Of a stretch of DNA of 64,000 nucleotides, positions 12,701 through 23,995 are shown piece by piece. Under the pieces are notes generated by a model. That model was given only the letters and a program-made list of their open reading frames with translations. It made no database searches and was not told the origin of the DNA. The translations under genes were made by a program, and so were the position numbers. Source of the DNA: Macrostomum hystrix (Eukaryota; Animalia; Platyhelminthes). The stretch is taken from NCBI GenBank assembly GCA_950097015.1, contig CATNEN010000041.1:2170001-2234000 (forward strand). The letters run 5' to 3'. Numbering within the stretch: position 1 is the stretch's first letter; every line of letters begins with the position of its first letter.

Positions 12701-14903
12701 GCCACAGAGCATGCTGCATGTGACAATGGCACCTAATCAGGATTCAATAGGCCACAGAGCATGCTGCATGTGACAATGGCACCTAATCAGGATTCAATAG
12801 GCCACAGAGCATGCTGCATGTGACAATGGCACCTAATCAGGATTCAATAGGCCACAGAGCATGCTGCATGTGACAATGGCACCTAATCAGGATTCAATAG
12901 GCCACAGAGCATGCTGCATGTGACAATGGCACCTAATCAGGATTCAATAGGCCACAGAGCATGCTGCATTTGACAATGGCACCTAATCAGGATTCAATAG
13001 GCCACAGAGCATGCTGCATGTGACAATGGCACCTAATCAGGATTCAATAGGCCACAGAGCATGCTGCATGTGACAATGGCACCTAATCAGGATTCATTAG
13101 GCCACAGAGCATGCTGCATGTGACAATGGCACCTAATCAGGATTCAATAGGCCACAGAGCATGCTGCATGTGACAATGGCACCCAATCAGGATTCAATAG
13201 GCCACAGAGCATGCTGCATGTGACAATGGCACCTAATCAGGATTCAATAGGCCACAGAGCATGCTGCATGTGACAATGGCACCTAATCAGGATTCAATAG
13301 GCCAAAGAGCATGCTGCATGTGACAATGGCACCTAATCAGGATTCAATAGGCCACAGAGCATGCTGCATGTGACAATGGCACCTAATCAGGATTCAATAG
13401 GCCACAGAGCATGCTGCATGTGACAATGGCACCTAATCAGGATTCAATAGGCCACAGAGCATGCTGCATGTGACAATGGCACCTAATCAGGATTCAATAG
13501 GCCAAAGAGCATGCTGCATGTGACAATGGCACCTAATCAGGATTCAAAAGGCCACAGATCATGCTGCATGTGACAATGGCACCTAATCAGGATTCAATAG
13601 GCCAAAGAGCATGCTGCATGTGACAATGGCACCCAATCAGGATTCAATAGGCCACAGAGCATGCTGCATGTGACAATGGCACCTAATCAGGATTCAATAG
13701 GCCAAAGAGCATGCTGCATGTGACAATGGCACCTAATCAGGATTCAATAGGCCAAAGAGCATGCTGCATGTGACAATGGCACCTAATCAGGATTCAATAG
13801 GCCACAGAGCATGCTGCATGTGACAATGGCACCTAATCAGGATTCAATAGGCCACAGAGCATGCTGCATGTGACAATGGCACCTAATCAGGATTCAATAG
13901 GCCAAAGAGCATGCTGCATGTGACAATGGCACCTAATCAGGATTCAATAGGCCACAGAGCATGCTGCATGTGACAATGGCACCTAATCAGGATTCAATAG
14001 GCCACAGAGCATGCTGCATGTGACAATGGCACCTAATCAGGATTCAATAGGCCACAGAGCATGCTGCATGTGACAATGGCACCTAATCAGGATTCAATAG
14101 GCCACAGAGCATGCTGCATGTGACAATGGCACCTAATCAGGATTCAATAGGCCACAGAGCATGCTGCATGTGACAATGGCACCTAATCAGGATTCAATAG
14201 GCCACAGAGCATGCTGCATGTGACAATGGCACCTAATCAGGATTCAATAGGCCAAAGAGCATGCTGCATGTGACAATGGCACCTAATCAGGATTCAATAG
14301 GCCACAGAGCATGCTGCATGTGACAATGGCACCTAATCAGGATTCAATAGGCCACAGAGCATGCTGCATGTGACAATGGCACCTAATCAGGATTCAATAG
14401 GCCACAGAGCATGCTGCATGTGACAATGGCACCTAATCAGGATTCAATAGGCCACAGAGCATGCTGCATGTGACAATGGCACCTAATCAGGATTCAATAG
14501 GCCACAGAGCATGCTGCATGTGACAATGGCACCTAATCAGGATTCAATAGGCCACAGAGCATGCTGCATGTGACAATGGCACCTAATCAGGATTCAATAG
14601 GCCATCTCACCTGTCTGGATTCCCCAGCTTGCTGGACAGTTCACTCTTCAGCTTGTCATTCTCCACCTTCAGGTGCATGTTCTTCTGCTTTGTGATCTCT
14701 AGCCGGTCTTGCAGCTTGTTGACTGTGAAATCGAATTAGGAGGTGGTAAATAGACCTACACACTGAACTCCTGGAGTTAAGAGTATGCAAAGTATTGCTG
14801 GGTTATAGGTAGCTACAAACTCACAGGCAGTGATGACTGCAACAAACGAGTGCTCCCTGGCATTGCGCTGCCTCAGCTGCTGACTGATCACTTCTGCCCA
14901 CAT
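9739..14903 (-). CDS. ATG16L1: Autophagy protein ATG16-like (ATG5-binding helix, coiled coil, WD40 propeller), about 547 aa
   Basis: Minus-strand exons 14903-14825 (MWAEVISQQLRQRNARE), 14722-14611 (FNKLQDRL), 12428-11999 (coiled coil ENADLIQRWMEHK), 10977-10558 (ERVRRELEEAANEP; AHEGEVNGVRWSPSG), 10413-10129 (TGSHDRTLKLWDLR; SGHFDKKVRLYD) and 10056-9739 (stop). They sum to 1644 nt with consistent phases. Confidence 0.93.
11021..11971. repeat. Minisatellite, 27-bp unit, about 35 copies (ATG16L1 intron 3)
   Basis: Unit CTGAGGATCTGGCAGGGTGGTAGCCAC, almost invariant. Confidence 0.97.
12507..14604. repeat. Minisatellite, 50-bp unit, about 42 copies (ATG16L1 intron 2)
   Basis: Unit GATTCAATAGGCCACAGAGCATGCTGCATGTGACAATGGCACCTAATCAG, very homogeneous, begins a few bases inside the donor site. 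Confidence 0.97.
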
Positions 14904-17128
14904 GGCTAGGTCTGCAGATGTTGGCACTCCTTTGTCAGCTAGAGTGCACAGACTATATTAGTCTGAAAGCTGGATTGCAATTGGGGCTGGGCAATTGTGC
15001 ACTCCAGAATAGTGTTCTAAACTGCAGCTAAACTGTTCTGAAATACTATTACTTTCAAAGATAGCTTAAAATTATGAAGGAAGTGTATTGAGGCCAATTT
15101 TTTTTTTGAGTGAATTGCAAACAAGTATTAATAAGTATAAAAATACACTAAAATTTCAATCACAAAATATTTATTTGGCCTTAGAAAAAATATGCCATGA
15201 ATATGCTATACCATGCCAATAGAATGGCTTCATAACCTTTTCCCCAATATTATAGCTGGCTTTGAGAAATTATGCATGTATTGCCATTCATAGCAACCTG
15301 TAGGCCTATAAATGTGAAGGGAACAAAGAATAGGCTGAGCAAGCTTGGCAACTATCAATCCACCTAGTTTTACAATTATTAGCTAAATTGCAGCCAGACC
15401 AGGGCATTCCACACTCTTTTCTTTAAAACCACACTTCTTTGGCTATAATTTATTTTATGCAATCTGTTAAGAGCTTTGTGCATTGGTTCTATTAATTTTT
15501 TGTGATTTTGCTAGCCTGAATGCTGGAGCCAAGGCCTAGCTGGTTAAAAGAAAGTATAAAATAAAAAAACATAGCTTAAAAGGCACCATTTTTTCTAACA
15601 TGAAATCTTATAGCAAATTTTAACAGACAGTTTACTTCAATTAAGATTGGGAATAAATAGATCATTTAGCATATAATAGAAAATTAAAGAAACACACAAA
15701 AACTTAAGTTATTTGAGGTGAAAGAATTTTTTACCACTGACTGCAATGGTAAATTATATTTCAAAATTCCCAGCTTTTACACCTTGCGCTAGCAAGCCTT
15801 GACCTTAACTTCATCTCAACTATATTATATTTTGGTCTTATATTTTAGATCTTATATCTTAATGTTTTTTATTACTGGTTTTGAAAAAAGGAAACACAAA
15901 TTTCGACTTTGCAGACTTTTCAGCTGGCTGGTGCTATAATTTAACTAGTTCAAGTAGCTAATATATCTTTTAGATTAAAAAGTCCGTAACACCACACTCA
16001 GTCGACACATCTACAATGTTTTGACTGTGTACTTGTGAAGCGCATTCGAATTAGTTTAAATATTTTATTGTAATATGCTACTACACAGCGAACGAGGATC
16101 TGAAAATATTGCTCCTTTGTTATACACCCTATATTTCCTAGAAAAAAATGATTTAACATTAGAGGAGTTGAGTGAGTTTTCTATTTGATGAATATGACCG
16201 TAGGCCCCCCTAATATAAATATGAATATGGAGGAATATGACTGTTCCTTGTTTCATATTCTCGGCCTCGCATGACTTGATAATTTATCTGCTAGGCCAAG
16301 TGCAAGACTCGCGCTAGACCGACATTACAACGAGCACTTAAATAAATTATGTTGGAATAAAGTTTTTTGGTTTTATTTTTCTTTGACTTGTTTGGTTAAA
16401 TTACGTCCTAGGTCCTGTGTCTAAAAATTAAAATAGGCCCTACAGGCTGGGTTTTATGGCTTTGAGTCTGCAGAGTACAGATTACTGATGAAGAAAAATG
16501 CAACTAAATATATGTGAACCTAATTGGGACCATCTGTATGTTGAGTTTTGACCCATTGCATTTTGTTGCAGTCTATTTTACTCTGATTGTGGTCAATGGT
16601 AGTCTATTATAGTGGTTAATATCAATTTCAGTCTATATTGTAGTCCATTCCTTCAATATTATTTATACTCAATTAAATAATTATGCCCTATAGTTAAACC
16701 TTTATGGCAAAAAATCGAATTAGTAAATTATATAAATATAAATTATTTGAATTGTTAATAATACAATTACAAATACAAACCACAAAGAAAGTTTGCATAA
16801 AATGCTCATCAGAGCTAGCAAGACATAATTTCAACATTAGTGCAACTAATATTTGCATTGGTTATAACATTCTATCAAGGAGATAGAAAATTATGCAATC
16901 CTGTAATTTTGCACATAAAATAATTTAATGAAATACAATATTTTGTTTTAAAAATTTAACCAGTTAATAATTAAACTGGGATTTGATTCCAGTTTTGAAT
17001 AGTGTGATAATGCATAGATATGTCTATCATTATAGTGAAGATATACAAGAGCATCTAAAAATTCATGATCCATGTCCATGATCTACTAGATCAACACCCA
17101 TTTGGATGAATTTCTATGGCATTGCTGC

Positions 17129-17536
17129 CAGTGGTGCAACCAGGGGGGCGGGGATGGCAGCCGCCCCCCCCTTCAGCCTAGGGGGCAATGTACGCTAAGG
17201 GCAAGCCAAGATGCTTCTTAATTTATTACCTTATCTCATTCCCTGTCCCCCAAGTCCAACATACATAGACCAAAGACCAAGTCCAAGACCATTTGTCATA
17301 TATTAATTTTCAAGCTTTCATTATAATCATGCATGCATTCTGATTTTTTAAACCTTTTAAATCATCTGGGTCCTACCCTACCAGCCCTTGAAATTGGCCC
17401 AGGAATGATGGGCGAAAACCGCGAAACAGAGCCCGTTCCACCTGGCGGCCGCCCCCTTCAACCCGCGGGGCAATGTACGCAAAGGGCAATGTACACAAAG
17501 ACTGCCCCCCTAAGGCAAAACCTGGTTGCGCCACTG
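17129..17536. mobile_element. Non-autonomous hAT-type DNA transposon (MITE), 408 bp
   Basis: Terminal inverted repeats CAGTGGTGCAACCAGG (17129-17144) and CCTGGTTGCGCCACTG (17521-17536) match at 15/16. A perfect 8-bp target-site duplication ATTGCTGC lies at 17121-17128 and 17537-17544. An 8-bp TSD with CAG ends is typical of hAT. No transposase. Confidence 0.88.
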
Positions 17537-18242
17537 ATTGCTGCTACCCATGCAACACCTTTGACAACATCCTTTTCTAGGTAGGATACTACTACACTGT
17601 CTGAGCATATCATAACTGAGTGGCTTGTTGGTTGTCTAGTTGGCTGTTACTCATTAAAATATAAAAAAGTTGTTATCTTCATAATATAATCAAATGTTCA
17701 AAACAATGAGGATTGACAAATGTTATCTAATTAGGCCTAATCTATCATATATCGTGTATAAAATGAAACATAGATTGAGTTGCTTGCTAAGATTTCCATG
17801 TAATTTATTTGCCAATGCACTCTTATAAAAACTCTAGCCTCTGAACTATTGAGAACTGTGATCTATCTTAAAGTCACTGGAACTGCAACTACAGTTGAGT
17901 CTAGCTGCTTAGGAGAGGCAAGCAATGTTAAGGGCAACCAGATCACAAGACACAAGGTCTTCAATTTAAGCTGGGCCTAGGCTGCTGGCCTGGTCACGGG
18001 CACTGGCTTTGGCGAGTGGTCAGTCCATATAGCTTCAGCTCTTACTTGTCCTTGCTTGCGTGAGCCCTCCAGGATTAATGATACGGATTCAGTAACATTA
18101 TAGACCAGCTAGATAAGCAATATCTGAGAAAAGGTGTCATCCCCCCAGACAGCTGTCATGCTTAGCTAACATTTGTTAAATTGCAGTGAGCCGCCTGGCA
18201 GCTGAGCCGCAGCCCAGCCAGCCCTTCAAAGCTCTCACAGCC

Positions 18243-21200
18243 ATGATTGGCGGTCTGTTCATTTACAACCACAAGGGCGAGGTGCTTATCTCCCGGGTCT
18301 ACCGTGATGACATCGGGCGCGAGGCGGTTGACGCCTTCCGCGTGAATGTGATCCACGCCAGGCAGCAGGTGCGGTCCCCAGTCAGCAGCATCGGCCGCAT
18401 AAGCTACTTCCACGTGAAGCGCGCCAACATCTGGCTGTGCGCGGTGGCCAAGAAGAATGTCAGCGCCTCGCTGGTGTTCCAGTTCCTCTATAAGATGATC
18501 GAGGTCATGATGTCATACTTTGGCAAGATCAACGAGGAGAACATCAAGAACAATTTTGTGCTCATCTACGAGCTGCTAGATGAGCTGCTGGACTACGGCT
18601 ATCCGCAGAACACGGACACCGGTGTGCTCAAGACCTACATCACCCAGCAGGGCATTAAGGCCCAGACCAAAGAGGAGACCACGAGAATCACCAACCAGGT
18701 ACAGCTGAAAGATGCCAATATGTCTGAGTGCCAGCAGTTTATAAAAGTAAAAATATTTGTACGAGCTAGGCGGGCAGTGGACCCTGGCACATCAGTTCGT
18801 GACGGTAAACCCGCAGCCAGCAAAGCGCAATTCTACCCTTTCCGCTGGCTCCTGAATACTTGCACGTCTATACCGTGCTTTTTAATTGTCAGGCAGCACA
18901 CATGTACTAAATTAATGTGACCTCGCGACGCATTCGAGCTCAGGATGCCTTAACCGCTGCTACTCAGCACCGGCTCCTCAAACCACCCGGCCTGCAGTTC
19001 ACCGGCCTCCTAAACCACCCGGCCTGCAGGTCACTGGCCCCCAAACCACCCGGCCTGCAGGTCACTGGCCCCCCAAACCACCAGGCCCCCAAACCACCAG
19101 GCCCCCCAAACCACCAGGCCCCCCAAACCACCAGGCCCCCCAAACCACCAGGCCCCCCAAACCACCAGGCCCCCCAAACCACCAGGCCTCCCAAACCACC
19201 AGGCCCCCCAAACCACCAGGCCCCCCAAACCACCAGGCCCCCCAAACCACCAGGCCCCCCAAACCACCAGGCCCCCCAAACCACCAGGCCCCCCAAACCA
19301 CCAGGCCCCCCAAACCACCAGGCCCCCCAAACCACCAGGCCTCCCAGACCACCAGGCCCCCCAAACCACCAGGCCCCCCAAACCACCAGGCCCCCCAAAC
19401 CACCAGGCCCCCCAAACCACCAGGCCCCCCAAACCACCAGGCCTCCCAAACCACCAGGCCTCCCAAACCACCAGGCCCCCCAAACCACCAGGCCTGCAGG
19501 TCACTGGCCCCCCAAACCACCAGGCCCCCAAACCACCAGGCCCCCCAAACCACCCGGCCCACAAACCGCCAGGCCCCCCAAACCACCAGGCCCCCAAACC
19601 ACCAGGCCCCCCAAACCACCAGGCCCACAAGCCACCCGGCCCACAAACCACCCGGCCCACAGGTCACCGGCCAGATCGCCTGGCGCCGCGAGGGCATTAA
19701 GTACCGACGCAACGAGCTCTTCTTGGACGTGATCGAGTCCGTCAACCTGCTGATGTCACCGCAGGGCCAGGTGCTGTCCGCTCACGTGTCCGGCCGGGTG
19801 CGCATGAAGTCTTACCTGTCCGGCATGCCCGAGTGCAAATTCGGCATCAACGACAAGGTCGTTCTGGAGAGCCGGCGCGGTGGCGGCGGCGCATCTGGCG
19901 AGGCCACAGGCGGCAAAGCCGGCCATATCGCCATCGACGACTGCCAGTTCCACCAGTGCGTGAAGCTGAGCAAGTTTGACACGGAGCACTCCATCTCGTT
20001 TATTCCCCCGGATGGCGAATTCGAACTCATGACCTACCGCACCACCAAGGACATCAGCCTGCCGTTCCGGGTGATCCCGCTAATGCGCGAGACTGGCCGA
20101 TCCGGCTTGGAGGTGAAGGTGGTGGTGAAGAGCAACTTCAAGCCCTCCCTGCTGGCGCAGAAGGTCGAGGTTCGAATCCCGACCCCGCTGAACACCAGCG
20201 GGGTGCAGGTGGTCTGTATGAAGGGCCGCGCCAGGTACAAGGCGGCCGACAACGCCATCGTTTGGAAGATAAAGAGGATGGGCGGCATGAAGGAGCTGCA
20301 GCTCAGCGCCGAGATCGACATGCTGAGCTCCACTGACAAGGCCAAGAAGTGGACCCGGCCTCCCATCTCCATGAACTTCGAGGTGAGTCTGATTGCTTTG
20401 TGTTTCCTCCTGCAACCCACCCATTGTCCCATCCTGCAACCCACCCATTATCCCATCCTGCAGCCCACCCATTATCCCATCCTGCAACCCACCCATTATC
20501 CCATCCTGCAAGCCACCCATTGTCCCATCCTGTAAACCACCCATTGTCCCATCCTGCAACCCACCCATTGTCCCATCCTGCAACCCACCCATTATCCCAT
20601 CCTGCAGCCCACCCATTATCCCATCCTGCAACCCACCCATTATCCCATCCTGCAAGCCACCCATTGTCCCATCCTGTAAACCACCCATTGTCCCATCCTG
20701 CAACCCACCCATTGTCCCATCCTGCAACCCACCCATTATCCCATCCTGCAACCCACCCATATCCCATTTTGCAGCCCACCCATTATCCCATCCTGCAGCC
20801 CAACCATTATCCCATCCTGCAACCCACCCATTATCCCGTCCTGTAAACCACCCATTATCCCATCCTGTAAACCACCCATTATCCCATCCTGCAAGCCACC
20901 CATTATCCCATCCTGCAGCCCACCCATTATCCCATCCTGCAAGCCACCCATTATCCCATCCGGCAACCCACCCATTATCCCATCCTGTAAACCACCCATT
21001 ATTCCATCCTGTAAACCACCCATTATCCCATCCTGTAAACCACCCATTATCCCATCCTGCAAGCCACCCATTATCCCATCCTGCAGCCCACCCATTATCC
21101 CATCCTGCAAACCACCCATTATCCCATCCTGCAGCCCACCCATTATCCCATCCTGCAACCCACCCATTATCCCATCCTGCAGCCCACCCATTATCCCATC

Positions 21201-21999
21201 CTGTAAACCACCCATTATCCCATCCTGTAAACCACCCATTATCCTATCCTGTAAACCACCCATTATCCCATCCTGCAGCCCACCCATTATCCCATCCTGC
21301 AACCCACCCATTATCCCATCCTGTAAACCACCCATTATCCCATCCTGTAAACCACCCATTATCCCATCCTGTAAACCACCGATTATCCTATCCTGTAAAC
21401 CACCCATTATCCCATCCTGTAAACCACCCATTATCCCATCCTGTAAACCACCCATTATCCCATCCTGCAACCCACCCATTATCCGATCCTGCAACCCACC
21501 CATTATCCCATCCTGCAACCCACCCATTATCCCATCCTGCAACCCACCCATTATCCCATCCTGTAAACCACCCATTATCCCATCCTGCAACCCACCCATT
21601 ATCCCATCCTGTAAACCACCCATTATCCCATCCTGTAAACCACCCATTATCCCATCCTGTAAACCACCCATTATCCTATCCTGTAAACCACCCATTATCC
21701 CATCCTGTAAACCACCCATTATCCCATCCTGTAAACCACCCATTATCCCATCCTGCAGCCGACCCATTATCCCATCCTGCAGCCCACCCATTATCCCATC
21801 CTGCAACCCACCCAGCCATCCAGCAGCCACCCAACTGTACTACTGTACCGCAAACATTCCGCAGGTGCCGTTCGCACCGTCCGGCTTCAAGGTGCGCTAC
21901 CTGAAGGTGTTTGAGTCCAAGCTGAACTACTCCGATCACGACGTCATCAAGTGGGTTCGGTACATAGGCAAAAGCGGTTTCTACGAGACTAGATGCTGA
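18243..21999 (+). CDS. AP2M1: AP-2 complex subunit mu, about 436 aa
   Basis: Exons 18243-18698 ([25 protein letters not shown]), 19663-20382 ([41 protein letters not shown]) and 21865-21999 ([37 protein letters not shown]). Total 1311 nt, both introns phase 0. Confidence 0.98.
18978..19662. repeat. Minisatellite, about 17-bp unit, about 40 copies (AP2M1 intron 1)
   Basis: Unit AAACCACCAGGCCCCCC with variants. Confidence 0.93.
20409..21815. repeat. Minisatellite, 24-bp unit, about 58 copies (AP2M1 intron 2)
   Basis: Unit ATCCTGCAACCCACCCATTATCCC with GTAAA/GCAGC variants. Confidence 0.96.
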
Positions 22000-22557
22000 G
22001 AGCTGGCCTACTGTATGCTGCCGGTCTCACAGACAGCTGCAGATAATCTATTCTGTTTTACTCAATCGTTTTTCAATTACTGTCGCAAATCTGCTGCAGT
22101 TTTTATTTTCGAGTTTCTTTTTTTATCTTCATCTATTCTGGCAGAGTATTTTCAGTGTTTTTAGTCTTTGTTGTCAAGTCTTTGTTGGCGATCGCAGCCG
22201 CCCAGATGTGCTATAAATTGGATTGCCTTTTCAATACCATTGGCCGCATGTTCACATGTCTTTTTTTTGCGCTTTTCTTTACCCAGGTCGCTCCCTTTGT
22301 TTTCTCTTTTGGTTCTCGGCTTCCAGCAGCTTTTTGCTTGAGTTTCGGATTCACACTAGAGCAATGGCGATGGATGCTAGTGCGGTCTGAGCCGCAAAAT
22401 TTTATTCTGCACATCTGCTGTTTATACTACTGTTAGTATCTTACTCTAACAAATTCTCTGCTGAATAATCTATTGTATGAGGTGGGCAAAACTCCCTGTT
22501 TGCATGCGCGTTCGACCTAGGACCTGGTCATTGTCAGCTGTTCATCAACCCACCCGT

Positions 22558-23325
22558 TTAGCTGACCGCTCCCCAATCCTTCAGCTGACCGCTCCCCCAA
22601 CCCTTCAGCTGACCGCTCCCCAATCCTTCAGCTGACCGCTCCCCCAACCCTTCAGCTGACCGCTCCCCCCAACCCTTCAGCTGACCGCTTCCCAACCCTT
22701 CAGCTGACCGCTCCCCAATCCTTCAGCTGACCGCTCCCCCAACCCTTCAGCTGACCGCTCCCCAATCCTTCAGCTGACCGCTCCCCCAACCCTTCAGCTG
22801 ACCGCTCCCCCCAACCCTTCAGCTGACCGCTTCCCAACCCTTCAGCTGACCGCTCCCCAATCCTTCAGCTGACCGCTCCCCAATCCTTCAGCTGACCGCT
22901 CCCCAATCCTTCAGCTGACCGCTCCCCAATCCTTCAGCTGACCGCTCCCCAATCCTTCAGCTGACCGCTCCCCCAACCCTTCAGCAGACCGCTCCCCAAT
23001 CCTTCAGCTGACCGCTCCCCAATCCTTCAGCTGACCGCTCCCCAATCCTTCAGCTGACCGCTCCCCAACCCTTCAGCTGACCGCTCCCCAATCCTTCAGC
23101 TGACCGCTCCCCAACCCTTCAGCTGACCGCTCCCCAATCCTTCAGCTGACCGCTCCCCAATCCTTCAGCTGACCGCTCCCCCAACCCTTCAGCAGACCGC
23201 TCCCCAATCCTTCAGCTGACCGCTCCCCAATCCTTCAGCTGACCGCTCCCCCAACCCTTCAGCTGACCGCTCCCCAGCCCTTCAGCTGACCGCTCCCCAG
23301 CCCTTCAGCTGACCGCTTCCCAGCC
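22558..23325. repeat. Minisatellite, 23-25-bp unit, about 32 copies
   Basis: Unit TTCAGCTGACCGCTCCCCAATCC. Confidence 0.95.
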
Positions 23326-23553
23326 CTTGCAAGCCGATCGCGCCTGACAAATCATTGAATCCCAGCTCGGTGCAATCTCACTTTATTGCTAACATATTAA
23401 AATATTAATTGAAGCTTTAAGGTATTAAATACACCTGACTAATCTATTCGTACAGTTTGTTGCCGTTTTTTGCTGCCTGTGTTTGTTCGCACGCCACTGT
23501 CTTCCCGCGCTGTCTCCCTGTGTATTTTTGCATGCCGCTAATAAATGCTTTAG

Positions 23554-23685
23554 GCCTCTGAATCTACTGGCCAGCTACTTGCAGCACTCGCGTTCTACCA
23601 ACAGCTCTTCGTCATTTGCCTTTGGCTGGGAACTTGGCTGGGCTGCAAGCTGGTGCTGCTGCTGCCTGGCAACATCGGTGGCAGA
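23554..23685 (+). other. Candidate orphan coding exon (132 nt, phase 0-0, hydrophobic)
   Basis: CTAAT branch-like motif, TTTAG acceptor and AGA|GTAAGT donor flank an open 44-codon frame ASESTGQLLAALAFYQQLFVICLWLGTWLGCKLVLLLPGNIGGR. No partner exons were identified. Confidence 0.3.
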
Positions 23686-23730
23686 GTAAGTTGATTAAAC
23701 AAAACTTAAAGAATTGCTACTCTCAATCAT

Positions 23731-23995
23731 ATGCATCAAGCCCTAGCCAATCAGAACGCATTGCTAGTCTCCCTAATAGCATCAAGCTCTAGCCAATCAG
23801 AACGCATTGCTAGTCTCCATAATACGATCAAGCACTAGCCAATCAGAACGCATTGTTAGTCTCCATAATAGCATCAAGCTCTAGCCAATCAGAACGCATT
23901 GCTAGTCTCCATAATATGCATCAAGCTCTAGCCAATCAGAACGCATTGCTAGTCTCCATAATATGCATCAAGCTCTAGCCAATCATAACGCATGC
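23731..23995. repeat. Minisatellite, 44-47-bp unit, about 6 copies, each with a CCAAT box
   Basis: Unit ATGCATCAAGCTCTAGCCAATCAGAACGCATTGCTAGTCTCCATAAT. Confidence 0.9.

Noticed and set aside
12507-14604. CRISPR-like regularity of this and other arrays
   Set aside because: Units are contiguous with no unique spacers, there are no cas genes, and the context is eukaryotic.
18917-21904. Collagen-like, Pro-rich and GGLQDGIM repeat ORFs
   Set aside because: All derive from the 17- and 24-bp arrays within AP2M1 introns, and the spliced AP2M1 has the expected length without them.
22155-22436. Hydrophobic 93-aa ORF after AP2M1
   Set aside because: T-rich probable 3' UTR starting at GTG, with no splice or codon-bias support.
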